58,743 bases of DNA from Terriglobales bacterium (lineage in GTDB: Bacteria; Acidobacteriota; Terriglobia; Terriglobales; SCQP01), in assembly GCA_050745565.1 (NCBI GenBank), contig JBOGKJ010000362.1:1-58743 (forward strand), read 5' to 3'. Shown here in pieces: positions 54,187 to 58,743 of the stretch; the first letter of the stretch is position 1, and each line of letters begins with the position of its first letter. The position numbers and the translations under genes are program-made. The notes beneath the pieces are model-generated. The model had not been told where the DNA came from and did not search any database. It saw only the letters and a list, made by a program, of their open reading frames with translations.

Positions 54187-54220
54187 GTTACTTGGCGCGG
54201 GTGGCGGGGCCCCGCCGCCC
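54187..54220 (+). repeat. Module F-like single unit immediately after the TonB-dependent receptor stop
   Basis: GTTACTTGGCGCGGGTGGCGGGGCCCCGCCGCCCC shares TTACTTGGCGCGGG with 50091-. It contains the palindrome GGCGGGGCCCCGCC. Confidence 0.65.
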
Positions 54221-54314
54221 CATTCCCGCCCTCGCAGGAAAGGGTTGGGCGCCGGCTTCACTCGCCGGCAGGGCCGGCGAGAGTGGTAGGGCCGGGGGGA
54301 ATGGGTCCCGTGAC

Positions 54315-54320
54315 TATAAT
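54315..54320 (+). promoter_or_regulatory. -10 TATAAT upstream of the M28 peptidase gene
   Basis: TGACTATAATGAGAGCGCCCGGAGGAACCCCATG: perfect TATAAT, then GGAGGA, then the ATG. Confidence 0.4.
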
Positions 54321-54341
54321 GAGAGCGCCCGGAGGAACCCC

Positions 54342-55793
54342 ATGAATCGTCTGACATCCGTTTTGGTCGCCGTGGGCCTGCTGGCCGCGGCGGGAGTGGC
54401 ACAGTACCGCGGCCCGCGCATGCCACAGAAACCGACCGAGAAATACACCTTCGATTCGCCGCCCAAGGTCCAACTCGCGGCTGACAGCGCCGAGTTGAAG
54501 CAGATTGCCGCCGCCATCAGCGCCGAGAACATCAAAAGCGACACCTCGCACCTGGTGGCGTTCGGGACGCGGCAGGCGACAGTGGAGAGCGACTCGAAGA
54601 GCACCGGCACGGCGGCGGCGCGGGCGTGGCTGGTGGCCGAGTTCGAGCGCATCTCGCAGGCGACCGGAGGCCGTTTGCAGGTGCGGGTGGACACGTTTCC
54701 GGTGCCGGCGGGCGGGCGCGTGCCCAAGGCCGGAACCATGGCCAACGTGATTGCCACGCTGCCGGGCGATGACGCGGCCAACCATCAGGTGATCATCATC
54801 AGCGGCGACTACGACACCATTGGCGGCTTTGGCGGGGGCGCCGACCCGGGGCAAAAGCCGACCGTGGGCCCGGGCGCCAACGACGACGCGAGTGGCGTGG
54901 CGGTGGCGCTCGAGTGCGCGCGCGTCATGAGCGCGCTGCACTTCCCGGCCACCATTGAGTTCATCGCCTTTGACGGCGAGGAGGAGGGCCTCTACGGCGC
55001 CTACCACGATGCCGAGACGGCGAAGGCGGCCGGCCAGGACGTGGTGGCGGAGTTCGACGATGACATCGTGGGTGGCGACAACACTCCCGGCCACGCCAAC
55101 ACCAACCGCATGCGCGTGTACAGCCCGCCGCTGGCGGAAGCCGCCACCGAACAGCAGATTCTACGCCTGGCCGACATTGGCGGCGAGAACGACTCGCCGG
55201 CGCGCGCGCTGGGCCGCTATGCCTCCGGGCTGGCGGCGGTGTACCTGCCCGACTTCCAGGTGGTGCAAGAGTACCGGCGCGACCGTTTCAGCCGCGGCGG
55301 CGACGACGACGCCTACCTGCAAAATGGCTTCACGGCCGTGCGTTTCAGCGACTACTACGAGAACTACGATCACCAGCACCAGTGGGCGCGGACCCATGAC
55401 GGGGTGCAGTTTGGCGACCTGCAGCGGTTCACCACGCCTGCCTACACCGCCAACGTCGCCCGTGTGAACGCGCTGGCCACGGCCGCGCTGGCGCTGGCGC
55501 CGCCGGCGGTGGACAAGCTGCAGCAACGCCGGGCGGGCTGGGGCACGCACCTGTCCTGGACGGCGGTTCCGGGCGCGGTCTCCTACCGCATCCTGATGCG
55601 CCCCACCGCCGCGCCACAGTGGACGCGGCGGCTGGCGGTCACCGGCACCGAGGTGCAGATTCCGGAGACGCTCGACGATTACATCATGGCGGTGGTGGCC
55701 GTGGGCAAGGCTGGAACCGAGAGCCTGCCCACCATTCCCTACGTCGTGGTGCGGCGGCCGCGGCCGTCGCCGTTCGCCGCGAAAAAACCCTGA
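54342..55793 (+). CDS. M28-family metallopeptidase with a C-terminal FN3-like domain
   Basis: Signal peptide. Zinc-ligand motifs GANDDASGVAVALECAR and FIAFDGEEEGLYGA. C-terminal WTAVPGAVSYRILMRP. GGAGGA lies 5 nt upstream of the ATG. Confidence 0.8.
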   Translation: MNRLTSVLVAVGLLAAAGVAQYRGPRMPQKPTEKYTFDSPPKVQLAADSAELKQIAAAISAENIKSDTSHLVAFGTRQATVESDSKSTGTAAARAWLVAEFERISQATGGRLQVRVDTFPVPAGGRVPKAGTMANVIATLPGDDAANHQVIIISGDYDTIGGFGGGADPGQKPTVGPGANDDASGVAVALECARVMSALHFPATIEFIAFDGEEEGLYGAYHDAETAKAAGQDVVAEFDDDIVGGDNTPGHANTNRMRVYSPPLAEAATEQQILRLADIGGENDSPARALGRYASGLAAVYLPDFQVVQEYRRDRFSRGGDDDAYLQNGFTAVRFSDYYENYDHQHQWARTHDGVQFGDLQRFTTPAYTANVARVNALATAALALAPPAVDKLQQRRAGWGTHLSWTAVPGAVSYRILMRPTAAPQWTRRLAVTGTEVQIPETLDDYIMAVVAVGKAGTESLPTIPYVVVRRPRPSPFAAKKP

Positions 55794-55797
55794 CCTT

Positions 55798-55950
55798 CGC
55801 GGCCAGGCCAGCCGCACTTTTCTGAACGCCCTCCCGTAGCCACTCCGGCGTTGGTCGGGCTGAGGCCGGAATTCGCTTGGCGGCAACGCGCGCCCGCTCT
55901 GCTCGGTGAACGCGCCGCCGGCGCTTTCACCCGCCCAAGTTCCCTCCTCC
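55798..55950 (+). repeat. Module A, copy A9 (central hairpin missing, long 3' variant)
   Basis: CGCGGCCAGGCCAGCCGCACTTTTCTGAACGCCCTCCCGTAGCCACTCCGGCGTTGGTCGGGCTGAGGCCGGAATTCGCTTGGCGGCAACGCGCGCCCGCTCTGCTCGGTGAACGCGCCGCCGGCGCTTTCACCCGCCCAAGTTCC. Confidence 0.85.
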
Positions 55951-56021
55951 GGTGTCTCCATCAGCACCCTGGGGCGCATCCAAGCGCGCTGGGCCATCGC
56001 AATGGACCAGAGGAGACACTC

Positions 56022-56900
56022 ATGACCACGAACAATTCACAGTTGGCGGCGGCTTTCTTCTCCGACACAGGCAAGGCGGAGAAGGCGGTAAGAGCGTTGC
56101 GGCAGGCAGGCTTCGCCCAGATCGGCGTAGCCGCGCAGGATGAAAACAAGGAACGCAAGGTCGCTGAGCGCGGGCCGGCGCAGCCGGGCGTGGCGGTAAG
56201 CCCGGATGCGGGCCCGGAGCTGCGCGAGTCCATGGGCGAGAGCGAGTACGCCGACTCGGGCGATCTGCGCGGAACGCTGCTGGCCGCCGGGTTCAGCGAG
56301 GACCAGGCCGACCACTTTGAACAGCAGATCTCGGACCATGGAATATTGGTCACCGTGCAGGCGCCGGAGGAGCGCTCGGAGGAGGCGCGGCGGACGCTCG
56401 AAAGCTGCGGCGGCGTGCTGGGCCCGGCTCCGGAAGCGCGCACCACGGCGGCAGCGCCGATGCCGGTGCGGACGGCGGCAGTGCCGTCGGCGGCGCCCGC
56501 GGCCGACATGAGCGGGATGCGCCGCATCCAACTGCGGGGCGAGCTGCTGCGCGTCCACACGGATCGGGTGCAGCGGGGCGAAGCGCGCATATCCAAGGAG
56601 GTCGTGACCACGCCCGAAACCGTCGAGGTGCCGGTGTCACGCGAAGACCTGGTGGTGGAAACGCATCCGGCCGCGGCCGGCACGCCCGCCAGTGGGCCCA
56701 TCGCCGAGGGCGGCGAAATTCGCGTACCGCTCAGCGAGGAGCACGCGCGGGTGGAAAAGGTGCCGGTGGCAATCGAGGAAGTGGACATCGGCAAGCGGAC
56801 GAGCGAAGGGGTGGAACACGTCACCGAGCAGGTCAAGCGGGAAAAACTGAAGTTGGAAGATATCTCCCGCGATCAGCCTGGCGCCGACCGCGCCGCCTGA
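56022..56900 (+). CDS. YsnF/AvaK (DUF2382) domain stress-associated protein
   Basis: N-terminal AAFFSDTGKAEKAVRALRQAGF (general-stress 17M-like). C-terminal duplicated DUF2382 pattern (VSREDLVVETHP...VPLSEEHARVEKVPVAIEEVDIGKR). AGGAGA lies upstream. Confidence 0.75.
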   Translation: MTTNNSQLAAAFFSDTGKAEKAVRALRQAGFAQIGVAAQDENKERKVAERGPAQPGVAVSPDAGPELRESMGESEYADSGDLRGTLLAAGFSEDQADHFEQQISDHGILVTVQAPEERSEEARRTLESCGGVLGPAPEARTTAAAPMPVRTAAVPSAAPAADMSGMRRIQLRGELLRVHTDRVQRGEARISKEVVTTPETVEVPVSREDLVVETHPAAAGTPASGPIAEGGEIRVPLSEEHARVEKVPVAIEEVDIGKRTSEGVEHVTEQVKREKLKLEDISRDQPGADRAA

Positions 56901-56938
56901 GCGCCGGCCAGCGGGCGGAGCAGGGATAGGCTGGGGCG

Positions 56939-56966
56939 CCGTCCGAGCCCACTGGGACTCGGACGG
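56939..56966 (+). terminator. 9-bp-stem hairpin downstream of the DUF2382 gene
   Basis: CCGTCCGAG-CCCACTGGGA-CTCGGACGG lies 39 nt after the stop. It is followed by CCCTTCTCCC, which is only weakly T-rich. Confidence 0.35.
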
Positions 56967-57074
56967 CCCTTCTCCCACAAGGACGCCCGATCTCCGCGCG
57001 GAGCCGGGGCGATGCGCGGGGAGTTCCGCGCCCATAAGTGCAGGATCAGGGCCGGCTGTAGCCGGGCAGAGCCG

Positions 57075-57180
57075 GCACGGCCGCCCTTCTCAGGACACCC
57101 TCCCGATGGTCCCACCCCAAGTCGCAAGCGCCTTGGGGCCCCGGGGACGCGCGTCCGCTCTGCTCAGGGCGCGTCCAAAT
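57075..57180 (+). repeat. Module A, copy A10 (middle segment deleted, short 3' variant)
   Basis: GGCACGGCCGCCCTTCTCAGGACACCCTCCCGATGGTCCCACCCCAAGTCGCAAGCGCCTTGGGGCCCCGGGG joined to ACGCGCGTCCGCTCTGCTCAGGGCGCGTCCAAAT. Confidence 0.85.
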
Positions 57181-57210
57181 AGTTGGCGCGGGCCTCAGCG
57201 CGGCTTCGCC
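57181..57210 (+). repeat. Module D, copy D2
   Basis: AGTTGGCGCGGGCCTCAGCGCGGCTTCGCC matches 39126-39157. Confidence 0.75.
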
Positions 57211-57324
57211 ATCCCCGCACCCGTTTTCAGGCAGGCCGGACCGGGGACCCCGTGAGCCCCGGTCGAGCCTGCGGCCGCGCCAGCTTCGTTTGCCGGGGCG
57301 GTGCGAGCGCCAGTGGCGTTTGCA

Positions 57325-57400
57325 GCCCTTCGAAATTCCGCAGCCTTTCGTGCCTACTTTGCCCACGGTGCAAAAGGCGCGCCCCCCGCGAGTTCCCTCG
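57325..57400 (+). repeat. Module C, copy C3
   Basis: CCCTTCGAAATTCCGCAGCCTTTCGTGCCTACTTTGCCCACGGTGCAAAAGGCGCGCCCCCCGCGAGTTCCC aligns with C1 and C2. Confidence 0.8.
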
Positions 57401-57509
57401 CCCGAACCGGGTGGGGCTGGTGCACTACGGCAGGATCACAGTTGCTGTAGCTACCCGAACTGCCGCGTGGCGCCGGCCGGCGGCCGACGCGCGGGTCGGC
57501 GACCCGCCC

Positions 57510-57614
57510 CACAGCAAAGCCCCGGCCACAGCATTTCTGATTCCACTCAAGTAAGCGGTAATCGGTCAGGCACAACACAGCAACGCCGCGGCCACAGCAT
57601 CTCTGATTTCGCAC
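57510..57614 (+). repeat. Imperfect ~37-nt direct repeat pair upstream of the response regulator
   Basis: CACAGCAAAGCCCCGGCCACAGCATTTCTGATTCCAC (57510-57546) and CACAGCAACGCCGCGGCCACAGCATCTCTGATTTCGCAC (57576-57614). The starts are 66 nt apart. Confidence 0.85.
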
Positions 57615-57645
57615 TAAACTACGCGAGAATAGTGCAGAGCGCCCG

Positions 57646-58335
57646 ATGCGTGTCCTTGTGATCGAAGACGAGCCCCGGCTGGCCGCCAACGTTGCCCAAA
57701 CGCTGCGCGAGAGCGCCGGCTATGCGGTGGACATCGCTTCGGACGGCGACCAAGGTTTGTTTCTGGCCCAGTCGGGGGATGCGGCCGGCTACGACCTGCT
57801 GATACTGGACCTGATGCTGCCACGGCTCGGCGGGATGGACTTGTTGCGCACGCTGCGCCGGCAGGGCTGCCGCACGCCGGTGCTGGTGCTCAGCGCCCGG
57901 GACGAAAAGGAATCGGTGGTGGCGCTGCTCAACGCCGGCGCCGACGACTATGTGGCGAAGCCGTTTGACCTGGGCGAGCTGCTGGCGCGCGCCAAGGCAC
58001 TGATCCGGCGTCACCAGGGGCACGGCTCGCCGGTGCTGGAGGTGGCCGACCTGCAGGTCCACACCGTTGAGCGCGCAGTGACGCGGGCGGGGCGGCCGAT
58101 CACGCTGGCGCCAATGGAGTACCGGGTGCTCGAGTATCTGGCCCACCGCCCGCGCGCCGTGGTATCGAAGGCGGAGCTGCTGGAACATCTCTACGATTTC
58201 AACTGGGAGAAGTTCAGCAACGTCATCGAGGTTTACATTTCCGGACTCCGGCGCAAGCTGGACGATCCCTTCGAGCAGAAACTTATTCATACCCTGCGCG
58301 GCCAGGGCTACGTGCTGCGGGCGCCGGAGCCATGA
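57646..58335 (+). CDS. OmpR/PhoB-family response regulator
   Basis: Receiver domain MRVLVIEDE...LLILDLMLP...ARDEKESVVALLNAGADDYVAKPF and a winged-helix output domain (YRVLEYLAHRP...IEVYISGLRRKL). Confidence 0.92.
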   Translation: MRVLVIEDEPRLAANVAQTLRESAGYAVDIASDGDQGLFLAQSGDAAGYDLLILDLMLPRLGGMDLLRTLRRQGCRTPVLVLSARDEKESVVALLNAGADDYVAKPFDLGELLARAKALIRRHQGHGSPVLEVADLQVHTVERAVTRAGRPITLAPMEYRVLEYLAHRPRAVVSKAELLEHLYDFNWEKFSNVIEVYISGLRRKLDDPFEQKLIHTLRGQGYVLRAPEP

Positions 58336-58743
58336 AGCGCCGCCGGCCGCAATCGCTCACCGTTCGCCTGGTCGCCGGCGTCATGGTGGCGCAATTGTTG
58401 CTGGCCGGGGGGCTGGTGTGGGCCGGGATCGTGTTCACCCGACGCCAACTGTCGCTTGCGTTTGACGCCGGGCTGGACGGCCAGTTGAAAAGCGTGGCCG
58501 CGCTGGTCCGCTATGCGGAAGCGGGCAACAAGCTGGTGTTCGACCCCACGCTGCTGCCGCTGGCGCGCGATCCGCGGCACCCGCCTTTGTATCTGGTCCG
58601 GAGCGAGGGAGCGACACTGGCGGGCACATTCCCTGCCTCGGTCGCGTTGCCGGGACCGGAGCGCGCCGCCCATTATTTCGATTTCGACCTGGGCGGCGTC
58701 CACTACCGCGGCCTGGAACTCGCGCAACTGCCCGTGCTCGACG
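58332..58743 (+). CDS. Sensor histidine kinase, N-terminal part only (runs off the window)
   Basis: The ATG overlaps the regulator stop (ATGA). MKRRRPQSLTVRLVAGVMVAQLLLAGGLVWAGIVF is a TM anchor followed by a periplasmic-looking segment. There is no stop before the window end and no kinase motifs are reached yet. Confidence 0.6.
   Translation, partial: MKRRRPQSLTVRLVAGVMVAQLLLAGGLVWAGIVFTRRQLSLAFDAGLDGQLKSVAALVRYAEAGNKLVFDPTLLPLARDPRHPPLYLVRSEGATLAGTFPASVALPGPERAAHYFDFDLGGVHYRGLELAQLPVLD

Overview
High-GC bacterial chromosomal window (roughly two-thirds G+C by eye). Gene content looks Acidobacteriota-like: two 'duplicated orphan' FtsX/MacB-type permeases without ATPases, a CarboxypepD_reg-type TonB-dependent receptor, and several huge BNR/sortilin-like and LVIVD/Ig-like secreted proteins. 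This taxon call is inference only. I support 39 protein-coding genes. In order they are an OPT transporter, hfq-hflX, a giant lipoprotein, mltG, a 1518-aa BNR protein with six exact 285-nt tandem repeats, an S9 peptidase, and a sortilin-like BNR protein. Next come a full sufBCDSU-sufT-like operon ending in an Rrf2 regulator and a HAD hydrolase, a cupin, recN, exbB-exbD-tonB, and two convergent ADOP permeases. The rest are yeiH-like/lysR, a tetR-tolC-emrA-emrB-DUF5946-like efflux operon, ogt, an unknown 9-TM protein translationally overlapped with an orphan MlaD, a TonB-dependent receptor, an M28 peptidase, a YsnF/DUF2382 protein, and an OmpR-type response regulator with a partial sensor kinase. 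I saw no rRNA, tRNA, CRISPR array, transposase or phage genes. The strongest non-genic signal is a dense, modular family of GC-rich intergenic repeats (modules called A-F here) that fills almost every intergenic gap longer than about 150 nt. All ten module-A copies, and every other module copy I found, lie in the same orientation on the + strand whatever the direction of the flanking genes. The A-module hairpin shows compensatory base changes between copies. Secondary signals are three heptanucleotide tandem arrays in short operon spacers (one is a G-quadruplex-type G-run array between sufB and sufC), several TATAAT-like boxes placed for leaderless mRNAs, a terminator-bounded small transcription unit between the ADOP genes, and an orphan MlaD with five exact 34-aa repeats. 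No homology search, folding or statistics could be run. Family names come from motif recognition and should be verified.
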